A stretch of 62,019 nucleotides of DNA, taken from the NCBI GenBank assembly GCA_029265075.1, contig JAJUJZ010000003.1:1-62019 (forward strand), written 5' to 3'. Under the pieces are notes generated by a model, which had not been told where the DNA came from, searched no databases, and saw nothing but the letters and a program-made list of their open reading frames with translations. Shown here piece by piece: positions 1 to 8,913 of this stretch (within the stretch, counting starts at the first letter, position 1; each line of letters opens with the position of its first letter). Source of the DNA: Gammaproteobacteria bacterium. GTDB lineage: Bacteria; Pseudomonadota; Gammaproteobacteria; Pseudomonadales; CAMLJR01. A program made the translations under genes and the position numbers.

Positions 1-280
1 ATCAGGGCGGTCGCCTACCTCTGAATTACGGAGAAACTAATCAGTAAGATTTTAAGAATCTGTCCCCAGCCTGCGCAACTCTGATGCCAGCCTCTCATGC
101 GCGCTCGAAAACTTCTGCGAGGCTTTGCTAATTAATCAGTATTCCGCAAGATTAAAGTTGATGCTCACCTCACTGAAACACTTGAAAGCAAGGATCCTTT
201 TGCGTGACCTGCTCGGTACGCATCTTCAGAACGCAATTGCTCTCTTCCGGAGGCTGCGGCAGGCAAGCCCTGTTTTGCAC

Positions 281-310
281 AGAACCCCAGCCGTCTCCGG
301 CCGGGGTTCT
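281..310 (-). terminator. Stem-loop about 40 nt downstream of the ompW stop; no clear U-tract
   Basis: AGAACCCCAGCCG-TCTC-CGGCCGGGGTTCT. The single mismatch becomes a G-U pair only in the minus-strand RNA, which fits an ompW terminator or stabilising hairpin. Confidence 0.4.
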
Positions 311-348
311 TCCGCCAAGCGGCCATCCCGGCCGCCGCTTTCCTTACC

Positions 349-1014
349 TCAGAACTTGTACCCCACTCCCACCATATAAGCCCAGGGATCAACATCCACA
401 TCAACCTTGACCCGGCCCAGGGCGGTGTCGAGGGTGCCGGTGGTGTCGATGTCCATGCGCCACACGGCGGCGTTGAGCAGCCAGCGGTCGCTCAAGTGCC
501 AGTCCACACCGACCTGCACTGCCAACCCTGTGGAATCATCCAGCTCCAGGTTGCTCGCGCCCAGCGCGGCTTTGGCCTGACCGCTGACACTTTCCTGGAA
601 GAAGGTGGTGTAGTTGAGGCCCACGCCGACGTAAGGCTGAATGGCCGAACCGGCGTTCAGCGGGTAGTACTGCAGACTGATGGTGGGCGGCAGATGTTTG
701 GTGCTGCCCACCCGGTCGATGCCCAGCCCCTTGGCGGCAATGGTGTGCTGGAACGGGGTTGCCGCCAGCACTTCGATACCGACCTTGTCGGTCAGCATAT
801 AGGTGGCGGCCAGGCCCAGCGCGGCGGCACTGTCGAGACCGACACCGGTGCCGCCCAGGGCCGCGCCGGCTACTTCCAGGCTGTCACTGCTCTCCTTCGG
901 ATCAACCTGCGCAAGGCCGGCGCGGACGATGAATTCACCCTCCCGGTGAGCCTGTGCAGCAGCGCTCATCAGGGCGAGCGCAACAACCACAGTGATACGA
1001 CTTCTGGTGACCAC
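349..1014 (-). CDS. ompW: OmpW-family outer membrane beta-barrel protein
   Basis: Signal peptide ending AAAQA. LLAATPFQH, HLPPT and GVGLNYTTFF segments resemble E. coli OmpW, and the C-terminus ends GYKF. GTG start. Confidence 0.9.
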   Translation of the reverse strand: MVTRSRITVVVALALMSAAAQAHREGEFIVRAGLAQVDPKESSDSLEVAGAALGGTGVGLDSAAALGLAATYMLTDKVGIEVLAATPFQHTIAAKGLGIDRVGSTKHLPPTISLQYYPLNAGSAIQPYVGVGLNYTTFFQESVSGQAKAALGASNLELDDSTGLAVQVGVDWHLSDRWLLNAAVWRMDIDTTGTLDTALGRVKVDVDVDPWAYMVGVGYKF

Positions 1015-1074
1015 TTAACTACCTCCTTCACTGCGACAATGACTTCAGCTTCGCAGTCGGAGCGCCGGATTGCT

Positions 1075-1088
1075 TTGCGGTGGATCAA
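1075..1088. promoter_or_regulatory. Candidate FNR/ANR box TTGCG-GTGG-ATCAA in the ompW-anr divergent region
   Basis: Matches 8/10 of the two half-sites (3/5 in the left arm, 5/5 in the right) of the TTGAT-N4-ATCAA consensus. Centred about 67 nt upstream of the ompW start. ompW is a known FNR/ANR target in other bacteria. Confidence 0.55.
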
Positions 1089-1210
1089 TAGAGTGTCAAC
1101 TAACTCGACAGGCCGCGTGGCTCCGCCGGTCGCGGCATTGCCGCGTGTCGATTTACACGCCCGCGCTGTTGCTCTAGAGTGGACTTATCTGTATCAGCTT
1201 GAGTAATGCC

Positions 1211-1972
1211 ATGGCCGAACCGTCGCCGGTGGCGGGCGAAGCGCGCGATGGCCGCTGCCACCATGACCACCAGGTCTCCTGCACCAGCTGTCGGCTGGCG
1301 CCCCTCTGTCTGCCTTTAGCCCTTGAAACCGGTGACCTCGAGCAGCTGGAAAGCATCATCCAGCGCGGTCGCCCGTTGCAGAAGGGTGAGCATATCTATC
1401 AGGAAGGCCAGGCCTTCACCTCGGTGTATGCCGTGCGCGCCGGATCAGTGAAGGCGTATCGCTATGCTGATGACGGCAGTGAGCAGGTCACTGGCTTCTA
1501 CTTCCCCGGCGAGATTCTGGGCATGGACGGCATCAGCCGTAATCGCCATGCCAGCTCGGCGCTGGCGCTGGAAACGTCGGCCATCTGTGAAATCCCGTTC
1601 GAGCGGCTGAATGAACTCAGCACCCGGATTCCGAGCCTGCAGCGCCACTTTTTCCAGCTGATGAGCCAGGAGATCACCGAGGATCAGGAGCTCATCACCC
1701 TGCTCAGCAAGCATTCGGCGGACCAGCGCGTCGCTGCACTACTGCTCAGCATTTCCGCGCGCAACGCCCGTCGCAAGCTGTCCGCCACGGCGTTTCGCCT
1801 GCCGATGTCGCGCGCCGACATTGGCAATTATCTGGGTCTTACCGTGGAGACGGTAAGCCGTGTATTCAGTCGATTCCAGAAGCTTGGACTGCTCTCGGTC
1901 GACAGCAAGGAGATTGCCATAGCCGATGTCGCTTTGTTGCGCGACGCAGCGAGCGGCACGTTATCGACGTAA
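1211..1972 (+). CDS. anr: FNR/ANR-type oxygen-sensing Crp-family transcription regulator
   Basis: N-terminal Cys cluster C-X8-C-X2-C-X5-C (CHHDHQVSCTSCRLAPLCLPL), cNMP-binding fold and C-terminal HTH (IGNYLGLTVETVSRVF). Close to recalled P. aeruginosa ANR. Start trimmed from TTG 1199 to ATG 1211. Confidence 0.92.
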   Translation: MAEPSPVAGEARDGRCHHDHQVSCTSCRLAPLCLPLALETGDLEQLESIIQRGRPLQKGEHIYQEGQAFTSVYAVRAGSVKAYRYADDGSEQVTGFYFPGEILGMDGISRNRHASSALALETSAICEIPFERLNELSTRIPSLQRHFFQLMSQEITEDQELITLLSKHSADQRVAALLLSISARNARRKLSATAFRLPMSRADIGNYLGLTVETVSRVFSRFQKLGLLSVDSKEIAIADVALLRDAASGTLST

Positions 1973-2005
1973 CCGCAACGCCTGACCAACCTGGGGGTAA
2001 TAATA

Positions 2006-2608
2006 ATGATCACTGCCAATCCCATCGGCCTGCTGTACGCTCCCCGCACCGCCTGGCATCGGATCGCCGGGCGCCTGCCGTCCACGGTCGGGGCGGCTCT
2101 GCTGCCTCCCTTGCTATTGGCAATTCTGCCTGCCGTCGCCTGGTATTACGGCACCACCCGCGTCGGCTGGCGGGTCGGCAAAGAACAGGCTATCCGCCTC
2201 TCAACTGACAGCGCCCTGCCAATCGTCATTCTTTTCTATCTGGCGATGGTCGGCGCAGTGATCGGAATCGGCTACATGGTTCACTGGATGTCCCGCACCT
2301 ACGGCGCCAGCTCTACGCTGGCCAAGGGCATCGCCATTGCCGGCCTCACCGCCACGCCGCTGTTCGTCGCCGGGGCCATCGGCTTTTATCCGACCCTATG
2401 GCTGGCTCTGGCGCTGGGACTGGTTGCCATCAGTCACGCTGTTTATCTGCTCTATGTCGGGATCCCCATTGTCATGGAGATTCCCGAGGAGCAGGGCTTT
2501 CTGTTTGCCAGCGCTGTCGTGGCCGTCGGTCTGGTGGCCATGATCTGCCTGATGGGCGCCACCGTCATTCTCTGGGATATGGGAGCGACCCCGGTCTTCG
2601 TGGACTGA
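2006..2608 (+). CDS. Yip1-domain inner membrane protein (YohC-like)
   Basis: Five predicted TM segments. GTTRVGWRVG, HWMSRTY and ATPLFVAG..YLLYVGIP motifs parallel E. coli YohC. Confidence 0.75.
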   Translation: MITANPIGLLYAPRTAWHRIAGRLPSTVGAALLPPLLLAILPAVAWYYGTTRVGWRVGKEQAIRLSTDSALPIVILFYLAMVGAVIGIGYMVHWMSRTYGASSTLAKGIAIAGLTATPLFVAGAIGFYPTLWLALALGLVAISHAVYLLYVGIPIVMEIPEEQGFLFASAVVAVGLVAMICLMGATVILWDMGATPVFVD

Positions 2609-2646
2609 CGGTCAACTCATTGCCTGGTCATCAGTCCATCCGCACG

Positions 2647-2673
2647 CTGCCCGCTCGTGAGATGAGCGGGCAG
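2647..2673 (+). terminator. Perfect 10-bp stem-loop after the Yip1-family gene; weak T-tract
   Basis: CTGCCCGCTC-GTGAGAT-GAGCGGGCAG, 39 nt after the stop at 2608. Confidence 0.35.
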
Positions 2674-2757
2674 GCCCCTGCTCTCTTCATAGTCCGGGCA
2701 TTTGCGTCCGGGCCCAAAATGCTGGATGCTCACCGCTTTTTTCTGAGCCGCTAAGAT

Positions 2758-4110
2758 ATGTCCACAGCTGCTGTTGCAACTGCCGCACCGCTCAACTCGC
2801 GTTCGAAGGTGATTCTGGCCAGCCTGGTTGGCACAACCATCGAGTTCTACGACTTTTATGTCTACGCCACGGCAGCGGTGCTGGTGTTCCCGCATCTGTT
2901 TTTTCCCAGCGGCAATGAAACCGTGGCGCTGCTGTCGTCGTTTGCGATCTTCGGCGCGGCCATGGTGGCGCGGCCGCTCGGCTCCATCTACTACGGACAC
3001 CTGGGCGACAAGGTCGGGCGCAAGAAAACCCTGGTGGCTGCCCTGCTGACCATGGGCATCGCCACGTTTCTGATTGGTCTGCTGCCCACCTATCACGCGG
3101 TGGGCTGGTGGGCACCGCTGATGCTGGTAATTCTGCGGCTGGCGCAGGGCTTTGCGCTCGGCGGCGAATGGTCGGGGGCAGCGCTGGTGGCGACGGAGAA
3201 CGCCCCCAAAGGCAAACGCGCACTGTACGGCACCTTCCCGCAACTGGGCGCGCCGCTGGGGTTCATCATCGCCAACGGGCTGTTCCTGATCGTGGCGGCG
3301 CTGCTCCCTTCCGACGATCCGGCCCGGCCGTCCGAGGCCTTCCTCGACTGGGGCTGGCGCATTCCGTTCCTGTTTTCGGCAGTGATGGTGGTGGTCGGTC
3401 TCTGGGTACGCATCAGCCTGGTGGAAAGCTCTGCCTTCTCCAATGCGGTCTCCTCCGGCAAGGTGGTGAAGCTGCCGCTGGGCGAGGTAGTCCGCCGCCA
3501 CCCGAAGGCGCTCGTGCTCGGCACCTTCTACATGCTGGCGACATATGTGCTGTTCTATCTCATGACCACCTTCTCGCTGAGTTACGGTCGCGCGCCGCTG
3601 AATCCGGCTGAAGGTCAGCTGCCGGGCCTCGGCTACAGTTACAACAGCTTTGTGCTGATGCTGATTTTCGGGGTGGTTTTCTTCGGCATCTTCACGCTGG
3701 CTTCCGGCCCGTGGGCCGACCGGCTGGGCCGCCGCAAGACGCTGCTGCTGGTTACCGCGGGCATCATCCTGTTTGGTCTGAGCTGGGTGCCATTGCTGAA
3801 CGCCGGTTTCATTGGCGTGATGCTCTGGCTGGTCCTCGGTTTCAGCCTGATGGGCATGACCTTCGGGCCAATGGGAGCACTGTTGCCGGAGCTGTTCCCC
3901 ACTAACGTCCGTTATACCGGGTCGGGTATCTCGTATAACGTGTCGTCCATCCTGGGGGCGGCGGTGGCACCCTTCGTCGCCGTCTGGCTGTGGGATGTTG
4001 GCAACGGCAGCCCGGTCCTGGTGGGACTCTATCTCAGCGTGATGGCGCTACTGACCCTGATCGCGCTGGCGCTCGGCCAGGAGACCAGGGACATCGATAT
4101 CAACGTCTGA
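2758..4110 (+). CDS. MFS transporter, metabolite:H+ symporter (MHS) subfamily
   Basis: N-terminus LVGTTIEFYDFYVYATAAVLVFPHLFFP is typical of ProP/KgtP/ShiA-like MHS permeases. About 12 TM segments. GDKVGRKK loop motif. Confidence 0.85.
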   Translation: MSTAAVATAAPLNSRSKVILASLVGTTIEFYDFYVYATAAVLVFPHLFFPSGNETVALLSSFAIFGAAMVARPLGSIYYGHLGDKVGRKKTLVAALLTMGIATFLIGLLPTYHAVGWWAPLMLVILRLAQGFALGGEWSGAALVATENAPKGKRALYGTFPQLGAPLGFIIANGLFLIVAALLPSDDPARPSEAFLDWGWRIPFLFSAVMVVVGLWVRISLVESSAFSNAVSSGKVVKLPLGEVVRRHPKALVLGTFYMLATYVLFYLMTTFSLSYGRAPLNPAEGQLPGLGYSYNSFVLMLIFGVVFFGIFTLASGPWADRLGRRKTLLLVTAGIILFGLSWVPLLNAGFIGVMLWLVLGFSLMGMTFGPMGALLPELFPTNVRYTGSGISYNVSSILGAAVAPFVAVWLWDVGNGSPVLVGLYLSVMALLTLIALALGQETRDIDINV

Positions 4111-4293
4111 TCCGGCTCTCCGGTCTCGGGAAGCCTGACCAGCTATTGGAGGAAAATGATTCGTGCCGCACGGAAGAGACTGGCACCCCAGCTGTCACAA
4201 AGGGTTATCCACCGGCTCCGGCCGGCTTGTGCGGTACTGCTCAGGCAGAGGGCGGAGGCTGAGTATCAATCTGCTGACGGATAACCCCAGCCC

Positions 4294-5862
4294 ATGAAGA
4301 ATCCCGTCATGTTTATCGCGGGCATTACGGTGCTCGTGCTGGCCCTGCTGGGCGGTTTCATGCCGCGCCAGTTTGGCGAGGTCGCCGAGCAGCTGCTGCT
4401 GTTCACCACCACCAATTTCGGCTGGTTTTATCTGCTTGCCGTATTCGGCATGATCGTGTTCCTGATCGGCCTGGCGCTCAGCCGCTGGGGGACGATCCGT
4501 CTCGGTCCCGACAGCTCCCGCCCCGAGTTCGGTTTCTTCAGCTGGATTGCCATGCTGTTCTCAACGGGATTTGGGGCCGGGCTGGTGTTCTGGGGCGTGG
4601 CAGAGCCGATGAGCCACTTCTTCACTCCCCCTTTCCCTGCCACCGAGCCGCAGTCGGTGGTCGCCGCGCGACAGGCGATGGGCTACGCCTTCTTCCACTG
4701 GGGCATCAGTCAGTGGGCGGTATTCACCATCGCCGGGCTGGCGATCGGGCTACTGCAATTTCGCAAACAGGGCGACGGCCTGGTCTCGACCGCCTTGCAA
4801 CCCGTAATCGGCACCCGCCGCAGCGCCCGCATTGCGGTCGATTCTCTGGCCGTGATTGCCACCACCATGGGGATCGCCACCTCAGTGGGGCTCGGCGTAC
4901 TGCAGATCAATGGCGGGCTGGAGCACCTGTTCGGCATCGAGTCGGCCTTCCCGATCCAGCTGCTGATCATCCTGGCCATGGGAGGCGCTTACGTCACCTC
5001 GTCCATCAGTGGTCTGCAGCGAGGGATGCGCTGGCTGAGCAACCTCAACCTCGGGCTTTGTCTGACGCTGTTGCTCTACGTCTTCATCACGGGGCCTACC
5101 GTACTCATTCTGAACGCCCTGACACTGGCGCTCGGTGACTACCTCTCCAACTTCGTGCAGTACAGCCTGCGGCTGACTCCCTATCAGGGCGGCACCTGGG
5201 TGCGTGACTGGACCATTTTCTACTGGGCGTGGGCCATCGCCTGGTCGCCCTTCGTCGGCGCCTTCGTGGCGCGGGTGTCACGCGGCCGCACCATCCGCGA
5301 GTTCATTATTGGAGTGCTGGTAGTGCCGCCGCTGATCGCCTGCGTCTGGATCGCCGTATTCGGCGGTACGGCCTTGCACGCCGACCTCACGGCCGGTACC
5401 GGCATCGCGGAAATCGTGGCTGACGACGTGGCGCTGGCGCTGTTTGCCGCCTATGACCACCTGCCCCTGTCGGAACTGCTGTCAGGGCTCTCGATCCTGC
5501 TGATTTTCACGTTTCTGGTCACTTCTGCCGACTCTGCCACTTACATACTCGCCAGCATGACCACTCGCGGCAGCCTGGCACCGCCGCTGGCCGCAAAGCT
5601 CGTCTGGGGTGTGCTGATGTCAAGCATCGCAGCGGTGCTGCTGGCCTCAGGCGGGCTCTCCTCGCTGCAGACGGCCTCACTGGTATCGGCGCTGCCGTTC
5701 ACTGTCATTCTGGTGCTGCTGACCGTCGCCACTGCCCGCCTGCTGCGTGCCGAGCCTCTGCCGATCCGCTCGGCTGACCTCAGGCTCTTTCGCCGCATGA
5801 ATCAGACCCTGCAGCATATGGAGAAGGCAAAAACAGAAAAGCCCGATCACTCCCGCCATTGA
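4294..5862 (+). CDS. BCCT-family (betaine/carnitine/choline) transporter
   Basis: FSWIAMLFSTGFGAGLVFWGVAEPMSHF and WTIFYWAWAIAWSPFVGAFVARVSRGRTIREF are hallmark BCCT segments. Confidence 0.9.
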   Translation: MKNPVMFIAGITVLVLALLGGFMPRQFGEVAEQLLLFTTTNFGWFYLLAVFGMIVFLIGLALSRWGTIRLGPDSSRPEFGFFSWIAMLFSTGFGAGLVFWGVAEPMSHFFTPPFPATEPQSVVAARQAMGYAFFHWGISQWAVFTIAGLAIGLLQFRKQGDGLVSTALQPVIGTRRSARIAVDSLAVIATTMGIATSVGLGVLQINGGLEHLFGIESAFPIQLLIILAMGGAYVTSSISGLQRGMRWLSNLNLGLCLTLLLYVFITGPTVLILNALTLALGDYLSNFVQYSLRLTPYQGGTWVRDWTIFYWAWAIAWSPFVGAFVARVSRGRTIREFIIGVLVVPPLIACVWIAVFGGTALHADLTAGTGIAEIVADDVALALFAAYDHLPLSELLSGLSILLIFTFLVTSADSATYILASMTTRGSLAPPLAAKLVWGVLMSSIAAVLLASGGLSSLQTASLVSALPFTVILVLLTVATARLLRAEPLPIRSADLRLFRRMNQTLQHMEKAKTEKPDHSRH

Positions 5863-5877
5863 GATGGCGGGCGGGTC

Positions 5878-6474
5878 TTACAAGGTCGCGACAAAGTCGC
5901 GAATACCACGCAGCAGCATCTCCACCGCGATAGTCGTCAGAATCAGACCTGCCAGCCGCTCCAGCGCCTTGGTGCCCCGCTCTCCCATCAGCGAAATCAG
6001 CTTGCCGCCGCTCACCAGCACCACCGTGGAAGCGGCGGTCGCCAGCGTCAGTGCACCCATCCACGCCCACAAGCGCTCGGGCTCACGCGAAGCCAGCAGC
6101 ATCACCATCGCCATGGATGAGGGCCCGGCGATCGCGGGGATGGCGAGTGGCACGATCAGCGGCTCTCCGCCGCCTTCATCGCCAAACAGCCCGGCTCCCG
6201 AAGGAAAAATCATCTTCAGCGCGATCAGCAGCAACACCACCCCACCGGCAATGCCCACCGACGTCTGCGAAAGCTCCAGAAAAGCCATCAGCGGCGCGCC
6301 AAACAGCAGGAACAGCAGCAGCACGATATAGGCGATAAGGCATTCCCGCAGCACCACCCGCGGTCGCCGCTGCGGTGGCACCGTGCGCAGCAAGGCAGCC
6401 GCCAGCGGGATGTTGCCAAACGGATCGAGTATCAGAAACAGCAGGAATGCTGCCGAAAGCACGCTTTCGTCCAT
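5878..6474 (-). CDS. MarC-family (UPF0056) integral membrane protein
   Basis: FLLFLILDPFGNIPL N-terminal motif and six TM segments. Start trimmed from TTG 6486 to ATG 6474. Confidence 0.85.
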   Translation of the reverse strand: MDESVLSAAFLLFLILDPFGNIPLAAALLRTVPPQRRPRVVLRECLIAYIVLLLFLLFGAPLMAFLELSQTSVGIAGGVVLLLIALKMIFPSGAGLFGDEGGGEPLIVPLAIPAIAGPSSMAMVMLLASREPERLWAWMGALTLATAASTVVLVSGGKLISLMGERGTKALERLAGLILTTIAVEMLLRGIRDFVATL

Positions 6475-6559
6475 GGGATCCCCCAATTCGCACTAACAGC
6501 GCCAGTGTGCCCGATTGCGACCGTTTGTCGGCAAACCGGCACCCCGCACCTGCCTGCCG

Positions 6560-6577
6560 GCGAACCCGCGGGTTCGC
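6560..6577. promoter_or_regulatory. Perfect 18-nt palindrome GCGAACCCGCGGGTTCGC in the marC / SMC-operon divergent region
   Basis: Read directly. Lies 86 nt from the marC ATG and 142 nt upstream of the 6719 ATG. Confidence 0.3.
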
Positions 6578-6718
6578 GTACCACCTCTTCGGGCAGAAGT
6601 GGTTCGGTGAAACCCCCGGCCAGCGGCAGAGTCTCCTGCTATCATTCCGCTCTTTGCATCCTTCATCCGGATAGACCGCCAGCCGTCCCTTCAATGCCAT
6701 TTATCGCCGAGCCCTTCC

Positions 6719-8158
6719 ATGTTCTTTGCCGATGAGCGCCAGCAGTTTTTCCGGCCGCTTACCGGCAAGTACCGCGAGCAGGTGGTGGAGTGCCTGCAGC
6801 TGCTGCACGAGCGCCTCTACAGCGCCAATGCCGACTACGGCGAGGCACTGCGGCGCGAGCAGGTGCTGGATATCTTCAGCGAGGCGCTGGAGCGGGCGCC
6901 GCAGCTCGATGGCGACGACGATGACGGCAGCGGCCGCTTCCGCAACAACCGCGAGCTGGCCGGGTGGATCCTCAACCAGCTAGTGGAACACGGCTGGCTG
7001 AAGCGCGAGCGCGACAGCGCCACCTTCACTTCCACCTACCCCTTCACCCGCACCGGCCGCCTCTTCACGCAGCCGCTGGTGGAAAGCGATGCGCGCAGTG
7101 TGCGAACCCGTCATCGCAATACCCGCAACACGCTCAACGCGTTGAATGCCTTCCTCGACCGCGGCGACGTCTATGACCTGATCGATGCCTACGAGTACTC
7201 CGAGCGGATCGTTGCCGACTTCACCGACATCATTGCGGAGCTGGAAGAGCGTAAGCGCGAACTGGTGCGCGAGGTGGAGGCGCAGAAGCTGGTGCAGCAG
7301 GCGAGCGATCAGTTCTTCGAGTTCATGGAACGGCGCTTCCAGCCCGATGTGGCAATCCGGCTCTCCGCCGACAGTGTCGAGAAGCATCGCGACCGTATCC
7401 AGGAGGTGATCGACCGCATCCGCCGCAAGCCAAAGGCGTGGAAAGCCGAGGCCGAACGCAACCTGCGCCACCTCGCCCCCGATCTGCTGGTCGACGAGAA
7501 GAGCTCGGTGCTGTGGCAGCTGCTCGACACCATTGAGCTACGCATGCGCAACGCTGCCGACATCATGCTGCCTGCCCTGCGCCGCACGCTGCAGGGTTTC
7601 ACCCGCCGCGCCGACCTGATCATCCGCCAGCTCAGCTACCTCCACAGCCAGCAGCACAGCGACATTGTGGGCATCTGTCGCGAACTCGCCGCACTGCCGC
7701 CCGACGAAAGCGCGCGCCGGCTGGCAGCCGCAGGTGAAGCGATGAGCGGCGTGCGCACCGCGCTGATTGACCCCGGCCAGGTGCGGCTGCGCGACCGGCG
7801 GGAACGGCCGCTGGTCAGAACCGCCATCGCCAGCCTCGACGCGCCCGCCCCGGAGACGCTGCGTGAGCTGGCCATTCAGCAATTGCTGGAACAAGCCTTC
7901 AATATCAACGGCAGCGCACTGCGAGGCTATTTGCGCGCTGCGCTGGGCGCACGGCGGACGGTCGATACCCGTGATCTGCCGGCCGCCAGCGCCGCCGACC
8001 TGCTGGCGCTGAGCCACATCATCGAGCTGGGCGGCGCCGATCACGCTGCCGCCGGCTTCCGCGTGCGAATCAAAGAGACCGAACCCGTCACCGGCGAACA
8101 CTTCTTCGCGCGCCGCGACGGTTTCCTGCTGGAACTGGAACAAGACAACGATGCGTGA
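6719..8158 (+). CDS. mksF: Putative kleisin subunit of an SMC-like complex (MukF/MksF/JetA-like), 479 aa
   Basis: Size, first position in the operon, winged-helix-like N-terminus (RELAGWILNQLVEHGWLKRE...TYPFTRTGRLF) and central helical region resemble MukF/MksF/JetA. The stop overlaps the next start. Assigned by architecture and context, not by an alignment I can run. Confidence 0.55.
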   Translation: MFFADERQQFFRPLTGKYREQVVECLQLLHERLYSANADYGEALRREQVLDIFSEALERAPQLDGDDDDGSGRFRNNRELAGWILNQLVEHGWLKRERDSATFTSTYPFTRTGRLFTQPLVESDARSVRTRHRNTRNTLNALNAFLDRGDVYDLIDAYEYSERIVADFTDIIAELEERKRELVREVEAQKLVQQASDQFFEFMERRFQPDVAIRLSADSVEKHRDRIQEVIDRIRRKPKAWKAEAERNLRHLAPDLLVDEKSSVLWQLLDTIELRMRNAADIMLPALRRTLQGFTRRADLIIRQLSYLHSQQHSDIVGICRELAALPPDESARRLAAAGEAMSGVRTALIDPGQVRLRDRRERPLVRTAIASLDAPAPETLRELAIQQLLEQAFNINGSALRGYLRAALGARRTVDTRDLPAASAADLLALSHIIELGGADHAAAGFRVRIKETEPVTGEHFFARRDGFLLELEQDNDA

Positions 8159-8831
8159 AGCACTCGAAGCGGCGCTGCAGCAGCGCGGCGTGACGCCGGA
8201 GGCGTTCTCCGAACTGATGATCCGGCTGCTGGACTACGGCGTCATCTGTCGCGATGAGAGCAAGAAGGAGGCGGAGCTCTACGACCGCTATCTGCAGGTG
8301 CAGGAGCTGGTGGAGGAGTATCTCGCGGTGTTGCGCATCCGCCTGCTGCACCAGCCGCGCTTCAACGCGCTGCGCCTGTTCCCGCCGGGTGCCGAGGTGC
8401 CGGGCCTGCCCGATCCTGAAGAAGGGTTCAACAGCGGCCTGCGGGAGCGGCTGTCGCAGCAGGAGGTGGGCGTTATCCTGGTATTGCGCGCCGAGTACGA
8501 CAAGGCGCTGCGCGAAGGCGAGATCGACGAGGATGGCCAGGTCGTGCTGCCGCTGGAGGCGCTCAACCTCGCCTGCACCAATCTGTTAGGACGGCCCCTG
8601 CCGGAGCAGATCACCGAGCGCCGGGCGCTTTTTCGCCGCCTGCGCCAGCTGCGGCTGATTCGCACCGCCAGCGACGACAGCCTCGATGAGGCGGAAGCGT
8701 GGCTGACGATCCGGCCCAGCATCACCAGCCTGGTCACCGATGCCGTGCTCGCCCAGCTCGCCGATCAGGCGGCGGACACCGAAACCGAAGCGGAGAGCGA
8801 GCGCGACCACCAGTTCGCGAGCGAACAGTAA
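8151..8831 (+). CDS. mksE: Putative KITE subunit (MukE/MksE/JetB, DUF4194-like), 226 aa, acidic C-terminal tail
   Basis: ATG at 8151 overlaps the upstream TGA (ATGCGTGA). Size and the LYDRYLQVQELVEEYLAVLRIRLL..ALRLFP pattern resemble DUF4194 proteins. Confidence 0.55.
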   Translation: MREALEAALQQRGVTPEAFSELMIRLLDYGVICRDESKKEAELYDRYLQVQELVEEYLAVLRIRLLHQPRFNALRLFPPGAEVPGLPDPEEGFNSGLRERLSQQEVGVILVLRAEYDKALREGEIDEDGQVVLPLEALNLACTNLLGRPLPEQITERRALFRRLRQLRLIRTASDDSLDEAEAWLTIRPSITSLVTDAVLAQLADQAADTETEAESERDHQFASEQ

Positions 8832-8913
8832 TACCGAAAAAGCGTACTGCCGGCGCATGCGGCAGCCCGCCAACATTTTTGAAAGCTGCATCGACGCAGC
8901 CATCAGGCCCGAC

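Noticed and set aside
1-280. AT-rich left edge with ORFs 125..379 and 204..410 on the plus strand.
   Set aside because: These ORFs overlap the ompW 3' end and terminator hairpin, have no SD, and encode Arg/Pro-rich sequence. The region is probably intergenic. No tRNA or other RNA fold could be supported.
8740-8913. ORF-track N-terminal extension of the SMC-like protein, overlapping mksE by 92 nt.
   Set aside because: The extension is Arg/Ser/Pro-rich and has no SMC-head similarity. The conserved head begins at MYLKRSITVNW (ATG 8914). ATG 8857 is kept as an alternative only.
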